A DNA stretch of 64,000 nucleotides from Ranitomeya imitator (taxonomy: Eukaryota). Where the stretch lies: assembly GCF_032444005.1 (NCBI RefSeq), contig NC_091285.1, forward strand, positions 16,802,001 to 16,866,000, read 5' to 3'. Position 1 is the first letter of the stretch. Each line of letters opens with the position of its first letter. Of the stretch, positions 11,323 through 23,158 are shown piece after piece. Below the pieces are notes generated by a model. It had not been told where the DNA came from. It made no database searches and saw only the letters and a program-made list of their open reading frames with translations. The position numbers and the translations under genes were made by a program.

Positions 11323-14300
11323 TGTTATGGCTGGCAATCAGGCAACACAGCGTGCAGTAATCAGCGCACATACAGAGATCTGGCAATAACCAAAAACAAT
11401 AGGACGAGCTCTGAGACGTGGAATCTCTGTAGACTGCAGTACCTGATCTATCCTCACACAACTATAAGCAGCAGTGGATTGCGCCTAACAACTACCTATG
11501 CAACTCGGCACTGCCTGAGGAGCTGACTAGCCTGAAGATAGAAATACAAGCCTGACTTACCTCAGAGAAATACCCCAAAGGAATAGGCAGCCCCCCACAT
11601 ATAATGACTGTTAGCAAGATGAAAAGACAAACGTAGGAATGAAATAGATTCAGCAAAGTGAGGCCCGATATTCTAGACAGAGCGAGGATAGCAAAGAGAA
11701 CTATGCAGTCTACAAAAAACCCTAAAACGAAAACCACGCAAAGGGGCAAAAAGACCCACCGTGCCGAACTAACAGCACGGCGGTGCACCCCTCTGCTTCT
11801 CAGAGCTTCCAGCAAAAGATAATAGCAAGCTGGACAGAAAAAACAGAAAACAAACTAGAAGCACTTATCTAGCAGAGCAGCAGGCCCAAGGAAAGATGCA
11901 GTAGCTCAGATCCAACACTGGAACATTGACAAGGAGCAAGGAAGACAGACTCAGGTGGAGCTAAATAGCAAGGCAGCCAACGAGCTCACCAAAACACCTG
12001 AGGGAGGAAGCCCAGAGACTGCAATACCACTTGTGACCACAGAAGTGAACTCAGCCACAGAATTCACAACAGTTCCCCCCCCTTGAGGAGGGGTCACCGA
12101 ACCCTCACCAGAACCCCCAGGCCGACCAGGATGAGCCACATGAAAGGCACGAACAAGATCTGGGGCATGGACATCAGAGGCAAAAACCCAGGAATTATCT
12201 TCCTGAGCATAACCCTTCCATTTGACCAGATACTGGAGTTTCCGTCTAGAGACACGAGAATCCAAAATCTTCTCCACAATATACTCCAATTCCCCCTCCA
12301 CCAAAACAGGGCCAGGAGGCTCCACAGATGGAACCATAGGTGCCACGTATCTCCTCAACAACGACCTATGGAATACATTATGTATGGAAAAGGAGTCTGG
12401 GAGGGTCAGACGAAAAGACACCGGATTGAGAATCTCAGAAATCCTATACGGACCAATAAAACGAGGTTTAAATTTAGGAGAGGAAACCTTCATAGGAATA
12501 TGACGAGAAGATAACCAAACCAAATCCCCAACACGAAGTCGGGGTCCCACACGGCGTCTGCGATTAGCGAAAAGCTGAGCCTTCTCCTGGGACAAGGTCA
12601 AATTGTCCACTACCTGAGTCCAGATCTGCTGCAACCTGTCCACCACAGAATCCACACCAGGACAGTCCGAAGACTCAACCTGTCCTGAAGAGAAACGAGG
12701 ATGGAACCCAGAATTGCAGAAAAATGGAGAGACCAAGGTAGCCGAGCTGGCCCGATTATTAAGGGCGAACTCAGCCAACGGCAAAAATGACACCCAATCA
12801 TCCTGGTCAGCGGAAACAAAACATCTCAGATATGTTTCCAAGGTCTGATTGGTTCGTTCGGTCTGGCCATTAGTCTGAGGATGGAAGGCCGAGGAGAAAG
12901 ATAGGTCAATGCCCATCCTACCACAAAAGGCTCGCCAGAACCTCGAGACAAACTGGGAACCTCTGTCAGAAACAATATTCTCAGGAATGCCATGTAAACG
13001 AACCACATGCTGGAAGAACAAAGGCACCAAATCAGAGGAGGAAGGCAATTTAACCAAGGGCACCAGATGGACCATTTTAGAAAAGCGATCACAGACCACC
13101 CAAATGACCGACATTTTTTGAGAAACGGGAAGGTCAGAAATGAAATCCATCGAAATATGTGTCCAAGGCCTCTTCGGGACCGGCAAGGGCAAAAGCAACC
13201 CACTGGCACGTGAACAGCAGGGCTTAGCCCTAGCACAAATTCCACAGGACTGCACAAAAGCACGCACATCCCGTGACAGAGATGGCCACCAGAAGGATCT
13301 AGCAACCAACTCCCTGGTACCAAAGATTCCTGGATGACCGGCCAGCACCGAACAATGAAGTTCAGAGATAACTTTACTAGTCCACCTATCAGGGACGAAC
13401 AGTTTCTCGGCCGGACAACGATCAGGTTTATTAGCCTGAAATTTCTGCAACACTCTCCGCAAATCAGGGGAGATGGCAGACACAATGACTCCTTCCTTGA
13501 GGATACTCGCCGGCTCAGATAACCCCGGAGAGTCGGGCACAAAACTCCTAGACAGAGCATCCGCCTTCACATTTTTAGAGCCCGGAAGGTATGAAATCAC
13601 AAAATCAAAACGAGCAAAAAATAACGACCAACGGGCCTGTCTAGGATTCAAGCGCTTGGCAGACTCGAGATAAGTCAAGTTCTTATGATCAGTCAATACC
13701 ACCACGCGATGCTTAGCACCCTCAAGCCAATGACGCCACTCCTCGAATGCCCACTTCATGGCCAGCAACTCTCGGTTGCCCACATCATAATTACGCTCAG
13801 CAGCAGAAAATTTCCTGGAAAAGAAAGCACATGGTTTGAACACTGAGCAACCAGAACCTCTCTGTGACAAAACCGCCCCTGCACCAATCTCAGAAGCATC
13901 AACCTCGACCTGGAACGGAAGAGAAACATCAGGTTGACACAACACAGGGGCACAGCAAAAACGACGCTTCAACTCCTGAAAAGCTTCCACGGCAGCAGAA
14001 GACCAATTAACCAAATCAGCACCCTTCTTGGTCAAATCGGTCAATGGTCTGGCAATGCTAGAAAAATTACAGATGAAGCGACGATAAAAATTAGCAAAGC
14101 CCAGGAATTTCTGCAGACTTTTTAGAGATGTCGGCTGAGTCCAATCCTGGATGGCCTGAACCTTAACCGGATCCATCTCGATAGTAGAAGGGGAAAAGAT
14201 GAACCCCAAAAATGAAACTTTCTGCACACCGAAGAGACACTTTGATCCCTTCACGAACAAGGAATTAGCACGCAGTACCTGGAAAACCATTCTGACTTGC

Positions 14301-16996
14301 TTCACATGAGACTCCCAATCATCTGAGAAGATCAAAATGTCATCCAAGTAAACAATCAAGAATTTATCCAGATACTCACGGAAAATGTCATGCATAAAAG
14401 ACTGAAAAACAGATGGAGCATTGGCAAGTCCGAACGGCATCACCAGATACTCAAAATGACCCTCGGGCGTATTAAATGCCGTTTTCCATTCATCTCCCTG
14501 CCTGATTCTCACCAGATTATACGCACCACGAAGATCAATCTTAGTAAACCAACTAGCCCCCTTAATCCGAGCAAACAAGTCAGAAATCAATGGCAAGGGA
14601 TACTGAAACTTAACAGTGATCTTATTAAGAAGGCGGTAATCAATACACGGTCTTAGCGAACCATCCTTCTTGGCTACAAAAAAGAACCCTGCTCCCAATC
14701 GTGACGACGATGGGCGAATATGTCCCTTCTCCAGGGACTCCTTCACATAACTGCGCATAGCGGTGTGTTCAGGTACGGACAAATTAAATAAACGACCCTT
14801 AGGGAATTTACTACCAGGAATCAAATCGATAGCACAATCACAATTCCTATGCGGAGGTAGGGCATCACACTTGGACTCTTCAAATACATCCTGAAAGTCC
14901 GACAAGAACTCTGGGATGTCAGAAGGAATGGATGACGAAATAGACAAAAATGGAACATCACCATGTACTCCCTGACAACCCCAGCTGGTTACCGACATAG
15001 AGTTCCAATCCAATACTGGATTATGGGTTTGTAGCCATGGCAACCCCAACACGACCACATCATGCAAATTATGCAGTACCAGAAAGCGAATAACTTCCTG
15101 ATGTGCAGGAGCCATGCACATGGTCAGCTGGGCCCAGTACTGAGGCTTATTCTTGGCCAAAGGTGTAGCATCAATTCCTCTCAACGGAATAGGACACCGC
15201 AAAGGCTCCAAGAAAAATCCACAACGTTTAGCATAATCCAAATCCATCAGATTCAGGGCAGCGCCTGAATCCACAAACGCCATGACAGAATACGATGACA
15301 AAGAGCACATTAAGGTAATGGACAAAAGGAATTTGGACTGTACAGTACCAATAACGGCAGAGCTATCGAACCGCCTAGTGCGTTTAGGACAATTAGAAAT
15401 AGCATGAGTAGAATCACCACAATAGAAACACAGTCTGTTCAGACGTCTGTGTTCTTGCCGTTCTACTTTAGTCATAGTCCTGTCGCACTGCATAGGCTCA
15501 GGTTTACTCTCAGGCAGTACCGCCAGATGGTGCACAGATTTACGCTCGCGCAAGCGACGACCGATCTGAATGGCCAAGGACATAGACTCATTCAAACCAG
15601 CAGGCATAGGAAATCCCACCATTACATCCTTAAGAGCTTCAGAGAGACCCTTTCTGAACAAAGCCGCTAGTGCAGATTCATTCCACAGAGTGAGTACTGA
15701 CCATTTCCTAAATTTCTGACAATATACTTCTACATCATCCTGACCCTGGCATAAAGCCAGCAGATTTTTCTCAGCCTGATCCACTGAATTAGGCTCATCG
15801 TAAAGCAATCCGAGCGCCAGGAAAAATGCATCAACATTACTCAATGCAGAATCTCCTGGTGCAAGAGAAAACGCCCAGTCCTGTGGGTCGCCGCGCAAAA
15901 AAGAAATAATAATCAAAACCTGTTGAATAGGATTACCAGAAGAATGAGGTTTCAAGGCCAAAAATAGCTTACAATTATTTCTGAAGCTCAGGAACTTAGT
16001 TCTGTCACCAAAAAACAAATCAGGAATCGGAATTCTTGGTTCTAGCATCGATTTCTGATCAATAGTATCTTGAATCTTTTGTACATTTACAACGAGATTA
16101 TCCATTGAGGAGCACAGAGCCTGAATATCCATGTCCACAGCTGTGTCCTGAAGCACTCTAATGTCTAGGGGAAAAAAAAGACTGAAGACAGAGCTAAGAA
16201 AAAAAAATGATGTCAGGATTTCTTTTTTCCCTCTATTGGGAATCATTTGTTTGGCTCCTTGTACTGTTATGGCTGGCAATCAGGCAACACAGCGTGCAGT
16301 AATCAGCGCACATACAGAGATCTGGCAATAACCAAAAACAATAGGACGAGCTCTGAGACGTGGAATCTCTGTAGACTGCAGTACCTGATCTATCCTCACA
16401 CAACTATAAGCAGCAGTGGATTGCGCCTAACAACTACCTATGCAACTCGGCACTGCCTGAAGATAGAAATACAAGCCTGACTTACCTCAGAGAAATACCC
16501 CAAAGGAATAGGCAGCCCCCCACATATAATGACTGTTAGCAAGATGAAAAGACAAACGTAGGAATGAAATAGATTCAGCAAAGTGAGGCCCGATATTCTA
16601 GACAGAGCGAGGATAGCAAAGAGAACTATGCAGTCTACAAAAAACCCTAAAACGAAAACCACGCAAAGGGGCAAAAAGACCCACCGTGCCGAACTAACAG
16701 CACGGCGGTGCACCCCTCTGCTTCTCAGAGCTTCCAGCAAAAGATAATAGCAAGCTGGACAGAAAAAACAGAAAACAAACTAGAAGCACTTATCTAGCAG
16801 AGCAGCAGGCCCAAGGAAAGATGCAGTAGCTCAGATCCAACACTGGAACATTGACAAGGAGCAAGGAAGACAGACTCAGGTGGAGCTAAATAGCAAGGCA
16901 GCCAACGAGCTCACCAAAACACCTGAGGGAGGAAGCCCAGAGACTGCAATACCACTTGTGACCACAGAAGTGAACTCAGCCACAGAATTCACAACA
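11323..16996 (-). mobile_element. Chromovirus (sushi/Tf1-like gypsy) LTR retrotransposon B, apparently intact
   Basis: 5' LTR 16265-16996 and 3' LTR 11323-12071 look identical apart from a 17-bp indel. 6-bp TSD TCCTCC. PPT adjoins 12072. One uninterrupted polyprotein ORF. Confidence 0.95.
11951..16132 (-). CDS. Element B gag-pol polyprotein, 1393 aa (capsid, CCHC, PR, RT, RH, IN, chromodomain)
   Basis: CFYCGDSTHAISNC knuckle, FVDSGA protease, YLDD RT, HHCC and D-D-E integrase, YLVKWKGY chromodomain. Likely start is MDIQAL at 16132; the stop lies inside the 3' LTR. Confidence 0.93.
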   Translation of the reverse strand: MDIQALCSSMDNLVVNVQKIQDTIDQKSMLEPRIPIPDLFFGDRTKFLSFRNNCKLFLALKPHSSGNPIQQVLIIISFLRGDPQDWAFSLAPGDSALSNVDAFFLALGLLYDEPNSVDQAEKNLLALCQGQDDVEVYCQKFRKWSVLTLWNESALAALFRKGLSEALKDVMVGFPMPAGLNESMSLAIQIGRRLRERKSVHHLAVLPESKPEPMQCDRTMTKVERQEHRRLNRLCFYCGDSTHAISNCPKRTRRFDSSAVIGTVQSKFLLSITLMCSLSSYSVMAFVDSGAALNLMDLDYAKRCGFFLEPLRCPIPLRGIDATPLAKNKPQYWAQLTMCMAPAHQEVIRFLVLHNLHDVVVLGLPWLQTHNPVLDWNSMSVTSWGCQGVHGDVPFLSISSSIPSDIPEFLSDFQDVFEESKCDALPPHRNCDCAIDLIPGSKFPKGRLFNLSVPEHTAMRSYVKESLEKGHIRPSSSRLGAGFFFVAKKDGSLRPCIDYRLLNKITVKFQYPLPLISDLFARIKGASWFTKIDLRGAYNLVRIRQGDEWKTAFNTPEGHFEYLVMPFGLANAPSVFQSFMHDIFREYLDKFLIVYLDDILIFSDDWESHVKQVRMVFQVLRANSLFVKGSKCLFGVQKVSFLGFIFSPSTIEMDPVKVQAIQDWTQPTSLKSLQKFLGFANFYRRFICNFSSIARPLTDLTKKGADLVNWSSAAVEAFQELKRRFCCAPVLCQPDVSLPFQVEVDASEIGAGAVLSQRGSGCSVFKPCAFFSRKFSAAERNYDVGNRELLAMKWAFEEWRHWLEGAKHRVVVLTDHKNLTYLESAKRLNPRQARWSLFFARFDFVISYLPGSKNVKADALSRSFVPDSPGLSEPASILKEGVIVSAISPDLRRVLQKFQANKPDRCPAEKLFVPDRWTSKVISELHCSVLAGHPGIFGTRELVARSFWWPSLSRDVRAFVQSCGICARAKPCCSRASGLLLPLPVPKRPWTHISMDFISDLPVSQKMSVIWVVCDRFSKMVHLVPLVKLPSSSDLVPLFFQHVVRLHGIPENIVSDRGSQFVSRFWRAFCGRMGIDLSFSSAFHPQTNGQTERTNQTLETYLRCFVSADQDDWVSFLPLAEFALNNRASSATLVSPFFCNSGFHPRFSSGQVESSDCPGVDSVVDRLQQIWTQVVDNLTLSQEKAQLFANRRRRVGPRLRVGDLVWLSSRHIPMKVSSPKFKPRFIGPYRISEILNPVSFRLTLPDSFSIHNVFHRSLLRRYVAPMVPSVEPPGPVLVEGELEYIVEKILDSRVSRRKLQYLVKWKGYAQEDNSWVFASDVHAPDLVRAFHVAHPGRPGGSGEGSVTPPQGGGTVVNSVAEFTSVVTSGIAVSGLPPSGVLVSSLAALLFSST

Positions 16997-17134
16997 TCCT
17001 CCCTCCTTATGTACTCGTGTGCCTTGTTATCTGCTCATGTTTAATGTATTTGTCTATATTTGCCCCGTATTCACATGTAAAGCGCCATGGAATAAATGGC
17101 GCTATTAAAATGTATAATAATAATAATAATAATA

Positions 17135-19059
17135 TTTGCCCAGCTGAGGTGCGACAGTTCGTGATGGACAGAGAACCCAAAGACGTGACGAAAGCAGCGC
17201 AGATTGCCGATGCCTATGAGGCCAACCGTAGATCGGAAGTGCGGAAGCCGGTCACCACCAGCTGGAGAGGGGGTAAGCCTGCAACCAACGCCAGTACCCC
17301 TGCCAGCCAACCCCCCAGAGGTCCTGTCCCCATGGCCAACAGCACCAGACCTACCACCGACCCTCGCCAGTGTTTCCACTGCAAGCGGCCTGGTCATATC
17401 AGTCACTACTGTCCAGACAAGCCGAAGAACCCCCCAGCCAATGCCCCAGGGCCTAATGCAGCAGTTCTTTTGGTGGGTGGTGTGGTTAGGAGGGTGTGTG
17501 ACAATGTACAGCATGTCACGGTGGGAGGCCATGTTGCTACAGGCCTCAAGGACACCAGGGCTGAACGAACCCTCATCCGACCCAAACTAGCGGCCCCTGA
17601 AGAAATCATTCCGGGGAAAACCCTAACTGTCACTGGGATTGGGGGCATCAGCTGTCCCTTACCAATGGCCCGGGTTTATATTGATTGGGGTGCCGGGAGC
17701 GGGGTGAAGGAAGTGGGGCTGTCTGATAATTTGCCCACTGATGTTTTGTTGGGGACTGATTTGGGGAGGATGGTTGCATACTACGTCCCTGACACCCCTC
17801 CCCAATCTACTAATGAGGGTAACAATAACCCTGATGATGATGATGGGAAATCGCATTTGTTACCTGACCATGCTTTATCTTGTAATGATGCATCTGATAA
17901 CCATTTTTTCCCTAGGATTGATGGTGAAAATGTTGTACCTGTGCCAACTGAACCTGATAACCATTTTTCTGCAAAGGTTAATGTGTCCATAGGTACAGGC
18001 GTGCCCAGCCACGTCGCTCTGCGGAGTAAGACGGCTGAGGAACCCCTAGCAGGGGCAAGTGTCGGTGCTACAAGAAATGGGGAGATACATGGGAACCGTG
18101 AGAAAGGTGATGCCATGCAATTGACCAGTGCCAACGAGGAAGGTAACTGGCCCATAAATAGCAATGCTCCTGAGGTAATGGGGGTGGATGGGGAGGTAGA
18201 CCCCATAGCAGCGTCAGCTGATGGGTCTGTAGAAATCCCCGGGGAGACAGCCTACGTAGCTGCTGTCACCCGCAGTCAGAGTGCTCGGAACGCAGATGTC
18301 TGCTTTCCGGACCCTCCTCAGTCATCATTGTGACTGAACCAGAGGTGGACCCAGAGCAGGTCCAAGAGGGTTCCCGTGGGGAAGGGACCCTAACGTCACT
18401 TCTGGCTTCCCCTAGCCAGGAGTTTCAGGCCACTCTGCGCGCAGATGCGAGCCTAGAGAGTTTGAGACAACTCGCCGAGACGCCCACCTCCGTGACTGAT
18501 AAGGAGAGGGTGTTCTGGGAACGAGGAAGGTTGTACTGGGAGACAGTACCCGGAGAATCACAAAAGGAGTGGCTGAGGGAAAGACAGCTGGTCCTCCCGC
18601 AGTAAATTCCGGGGTGAGTTGTTACGGATTGCCCATGAGATCCCGCTAGCTGGACACTTGGGGATCAGCAAAACTAAGGCCCGGCTGTCTCAACACTTCT
18701 ATTGGCCTAAGATGGGGACAGATGTGTCAAACTACTGCCGCTCCTGTATCACCTGTCAACGAGTGGGGAAGGCGGGGCCTGCTCTTAAGGCTCCCCTGAT
18801 CCCTTTGCCAGTGATAGAGGAGCCTTTCCAGAGGATCGCGGTGGACATTGTGGGCCCGCTGGCTGTCCCCAGCAGCTCTGGAAAGCAATATATCCTTACT
18901 GTGGTAGACTACGCTACCCGGCACCCAGAGGCAGTAGCTCTGTCGTTAACTACAGCAGATAAGGTGATGGATGCTCTGTTGGCTATCTTTTCACGTGTAG
19001 GATTTCCCAGAGAGATGCTTACTGATCAAGGGACCCAATTTATGTCTCGCCTAATGGAG
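17135..19059 (+). pseudogene. Element A gag 3' part, protease and integrase N-terminus
   Basis: CFHCKRPGHISHYC knuckle; protease site altered to KDTRA; stops at 18331 and 18603; AHEIPLAGHLG...CRSCITC zinc motif; VDIVGP and TDQGTQF core motifs. Confidence 0.88.
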
Positions 19060-19983
19060 TGTTGTGAATTCTGTGGTCGAGCTCCCTCCTGTGGTCACAA
19101 GTGGTACTTCGGCTGATTCTGTCTATGAGCTTCCGTTGGTGGATGTGAGTGGTACTGCGGCTTCTAAGTTTCCTTCCTCAGGTGATGTGGTGAAGTCGTT
19201 AGGTGCTGCTCTATTTAACTCCACCTAGTGCTTTGCTCATGGCCTCCAGTCAATGTTCTAGTGTGGATCTTGCTCTCTCCTGGATCGTTCCTGTGGCCTG
19301 TCTTTCCTGCATAAGCTAAGTTTTGCTGGTGTTACTTTTGTTGCTATATTTTCTGTCCAGCTTGCGATATTGGTTTTTCTTGCTTGCTGGAAGCTCTGGG
19401 ACGCAGAGGGGGTACCTCCGTACCGTTAGTCGGTGCGGAGGGTCTTTTTGCACCCCCTGCGTGGTTGTTTGTAGGGTTTTGTGTTGACCGCAAAGCAATC
19501 TTTCCTATCTTCGGTCTGTTCAGTCAGTCGGGCCTCACTTTGCTAAAATCTATTTAATCTCTGTGTTTGTACTTTCATCTCAACTCACAGTCATTATATG
19601 TGGGGGGCTGCCTTTTCCTTTGGGGAATTTCTCTGAGGCAAGGTAGGCTTATTTTTCTCTCTTAGGGCTAGCTAGTTTCTCAGGCTGTGCTCGAGGCGCC
19701 TAGGCCTGGACAGGAGCGCTCCACGGCTACCTCTAGTGTGGTATGATAGGATTAGGGATTGCGGTCAGCAGAGTTCCCACGTCTCAGAGCTCGTCCTTGT
19801 TATTGGTAACTGTCAGGTCACCTTGTGTGTTCTTAACCACTAGACCCATTGTGGTTCTGAATTACCTGTTCATAACAGTACTGGAGGCCCAAAGTACTAA
19901 TGCTTCTCAATAGAGGGAAAAAAGAAGTTCTGAGACCATTTTTTTTTCTTTGCACTGTGTTTTTCCTTTTTTTCCCCCTAGAC

Positions 19984-22900
19984 CAGTGGTTCTCAACCTT
20001 TCTAATGCCGTGACCCCGCAATACAGTTCCTCATGTTGCGGTGACCCCCAACCCAAAAAATAATTTTGGTGGCTACTTTAAAACTGTAATTTTATTAGTT
20101 ATGATTCGGAATGTAAATATCTGATATGCATTATGTATTGTATTCTCATTGCTACAAATCAAACATAATAAATAATCACAAAAACAATTACCGTATATAC
20201 TCGAGGAGGCTGCGGCACCACTATACCAAGACCAATAATATCACATACAGGAAGAAACACCACCACACCATGACCAGACCACATAGGGACCAAATAATAC
20301 TATATACAAGGGACAAATACCGCCTCACCATGACCAGATCACATATTACCACCACTTGGTGACCAAATAGCACATACAAGGGACAAATACCACAACACCA
20401 TTTCCACACCAAATATTATCACCACATAGTGACTGAATACTACAATACTGATCAGTAATAAAAAAAACACAATACTATCACCATAAGTGCCATTATACAC
20501 AGGAGATCTGTACTTAGTATGCAGTGTCTGTGTAGAGGTAATACAGAGATCACTGGTGACATTATACACAGGACCTCTATATAGTATACAGTGTATAGTG
20601 TCAGTGTATAGGTAACACTGACTCACCAGTGACGTCTCTAGGTGAAGTCCTTCATCTTTCATCCAGCACAGACCGCCATCATTTCTTCTAGCCAGGACTC
20701 GTTTCTGCAGGAAATAACAGTTATCTCGAGCTCCGCTTGTAGAACACATTACTTAATTTTTAACAACTTCTACATTACACCACGAAGAAAAAAAAGGCGA
20801 TATAGTGTCACTCTGCACAGTAACAGGACCGCCCCCCATTTAAAACAGTATACTCAAAAAATAAAATAAATACATCACTGCAGTAATAATATCCCTTAAT
20901 TAGCCCCTATGGTAATAATATTCCCCACCCTGGCCCCGTTTATCTCATTCCTGGCTCCAGCCATATGTTCTCCCATCCTGCCCTCATGAGTATCCATTCT
21001 ACCCCATATGATCTCCCCATCCTGCCCCATCAGTCTCCATCGTATCCATCCTGCTCCATGTCTTTCATTCTGCCCCGTGTCTCCAATCATGCCCCGTATC
21101 TACATTCTGCCCATGCCTCAAGTCCTGCCTCCAGTGTGTCCAGCAATCTGCCCCAGTGTGTCCAGCAATCTGCCCCAGTGTGTCCAGCAATCTGCCCCAG
21201 TGTGTCCAGCATATTACCCCCAGTGTGTCCAGCAATCTGCCCCAGTATTTCCAGCATTGCCCCAGTGTGTCCAGAAATCTGCCCCAGGGTCTCCAGCATT
21301 GCCCCAGTGTGTCCAGCATTGCCCCAGTGTGTCCAGCATTGTCCCAGTGTGTCCAGCATTGCCGCCAGTGTGTCCAGCAATCTGCCCCAGTGTCCAGCAT
21401 TGCCCCAGCGTATCCAGCAAATTGCCCCAGTGTCCAGCATTGCCCCAGTGTCCAGAAATCTGTCCCAGGGTCTCCAGCATTGCCCAGTGTGTCCAGAAAT
21501 CTGCCCCAGGGTCTCCAGCATTGCCCAGTGTGTCCAGCACTCTGCCCCCAGTGTGCCCAGCAATCTGCCCCAGGGTCTCCAGCATTGCCCAGTGTGTCAA
21601 GCACTCTGCCCCCAGTGTGCCCAGCAATCTGCCCCAGGGTCTCCAGCATTGCCCAGTGTGTCCAGCACTCTGCCCCCAGTGTGCCCAGCAATCTGCCCCA
21701 GGGTCTCCAGCATTGCCCCAGTGTGTCCAGCATTGCCCCAGTGTGTCCAGCATTGCCGCCAGTGTGTCCAGCAATCTGCCCCAGTGTCCAGCATTGCCCC
21801 AGCGTGTCCAGCAATCTGCCCCAGTGTCCAGCATTGCCCCAGCGTGTCCAGCAATCTGCCCCAGTGTCCAGCATTGCCCCAGCGTGTCCAGCAATCTGCC
21901 CCAGTGTCCAGCATTGCCCCAGTGTCCAGAAATCTGCCCCAGTGTCCAGCATTGCCCAGTGTGTCCAGAAATCTGCCCCAGTCTGTCCAGAAATCTGCCC
22001 CAGTGTCAAGCATTGCCCAGTGTGTCCAGACATCTGCCCCAGTCTGTCCAGAAATCTGCCCCAGTCTGTCCAGAAATCTGCCCCAGTGTCCAGCATTGCC
22101 CAGTGTGTCCAGAAATCTGCCCCAGTGTCCAGCATTGCCCAGTGTGTCCAGAAATCTGCCCCAGTCTGTCCAGAAATCTGCCCCAGTCTGTCCAGAAATC
22201 TGCCCCAGTCTGTCCAGCATTGCCCAGTGTGTCCAGAAATCTGCCCTAGTCTGTCCAGAAATCTGCCCCAGTGTGCCCAGCAATCTGCCCCAGGGTCTCC
22301 AGCATTGCCCCAGTGTGTCCAGCATTGCCCCAGTGCGTCCAGCATTGCCGCCAGTGTGTCCAGCAATCTGCCCCAGTGTCCAGCATTGCCCCAGCGTGTC
22401 CAGCAATCTGCCCCAGTGTCCAGCATTGCCCCAGCGTGTCCAGCAATCTGCCCCAGTGTCCAGCATTGCCCCAGCGTGTCCAGCAATCTGCCCCAGTGTC
22501 CAGCATTGCCCCAGTGTCCAGAAATCTGCCCCAGTGTCCAGCATTGCCCAGTGTGTCCAGAAATCTGCCCCAGTCTGTCCAGAAATCTGCCCCAGTCTGT
22601 CCAGAAATCTGCCCCAGGGTCTCCAGCATTGCCCCCAGACAGACATAAAGAAAAAAAAAAAAAAGTAAAATCCTCACCTCTCCCGTTCCCAGTGCAGGTC
22701 CGGTGCAGTCAGCGTCTCTCCGGCTCTGCAACGCTCAAGACAGAGAGGCAGAGCGCGCAGTGATGACGTCATCGCACCCTCTGCCCTGAGACGTCGCAGA
22801 GTCAGAGGGCGCTGAAGACGCTGGCTGCAGCTACCGCGCAGCCGCAGGAACCAGGAGAGGTGAGTATTAGCACTGGCACCGGGGGAAGGGGGCGGGCGCC

Positions 22901-23120
22901 CGAAGACTTAAAGGGCCCACGGGGTGTTTTTTTTCTCCTCCTTCTGCAGCGCCGGCCGCCCCGCCCCCCGCAGTGTGCCGCCCGGGGCGGCCCGCCTTCC
23001 CCCGCACCCCCCTTCCTACGCCACTGGGAAGGTGGATGGGGAGGTGAGAGAGGTGGCGACCCCTGTGTTTTGGTCGTTCGACCCCCCTCGGGGTCGCGAC
23101 CCCCAGGTTGAGAACCGCTG
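19984..23120. mobile_element. Non-autonomous hAT transposon with SPIN/URR1-like ends
   Basis: TIRs CAGTGGTTCTCAACC / GGTTGAGAACCGCTG. 8-bp TSD CCCTAGAC at 19976-19983 and 23121-23128. The homologous site in element B is empty. Confidence 0.9.
21131..22637. repeat. Compound short-unit minisatellite inside the hAT
   Basis: Interleaved units CCAGCAATCTGCCCCAGTGT(GT), CCAGCATTGCCCCAGTGT and CCAGAAATCTGCCCCAGT. Confidence 0.9.
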
Positions 23121-23158
23121 CCCTAGACATTTGGGTGGTTCAGGACACAGGTGTAGTG

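Larger units (their letters stand above)
10557..17134 (+). mobile_element. L2-clade LINE 3' fragment (10557-11322 and 16997-17134), split by element B
   Basis: ORF 10617-11222 has L2 C-terminal motifs (LGVILDSALSF, SRLDYCN, LHWLP, LWNSLP, FKKNLKTHLF). 3' hairpin GCGCCAT-GGAATAA-ATGGCGC and (TAA)n tail. Possible TSD TTTG at 10553-10556 and 17135-17138. Confidence 0.9.

Noticed and set aside
16133-16279. 49-aa N-terminal extension of the element B polyprotein
   Set aside because: It starts inside the LTR and crosses the PBS and a T-rich leader; the homologous start in C is MDI.
20188-20210. CCGTATATACTCGAG resembling a Tc1/mariner-type TIR inside the hAT
   Set aside because: Truncated, with no partner end or TSD; at most captured cargo.
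20965-22763. Long Cys/Pro/Gln-rich ORFs (up to 567 aa) on both strands
   Set aside because: They are translations of the minisatellite inside the hAT, open in many frames, with no gene structure.
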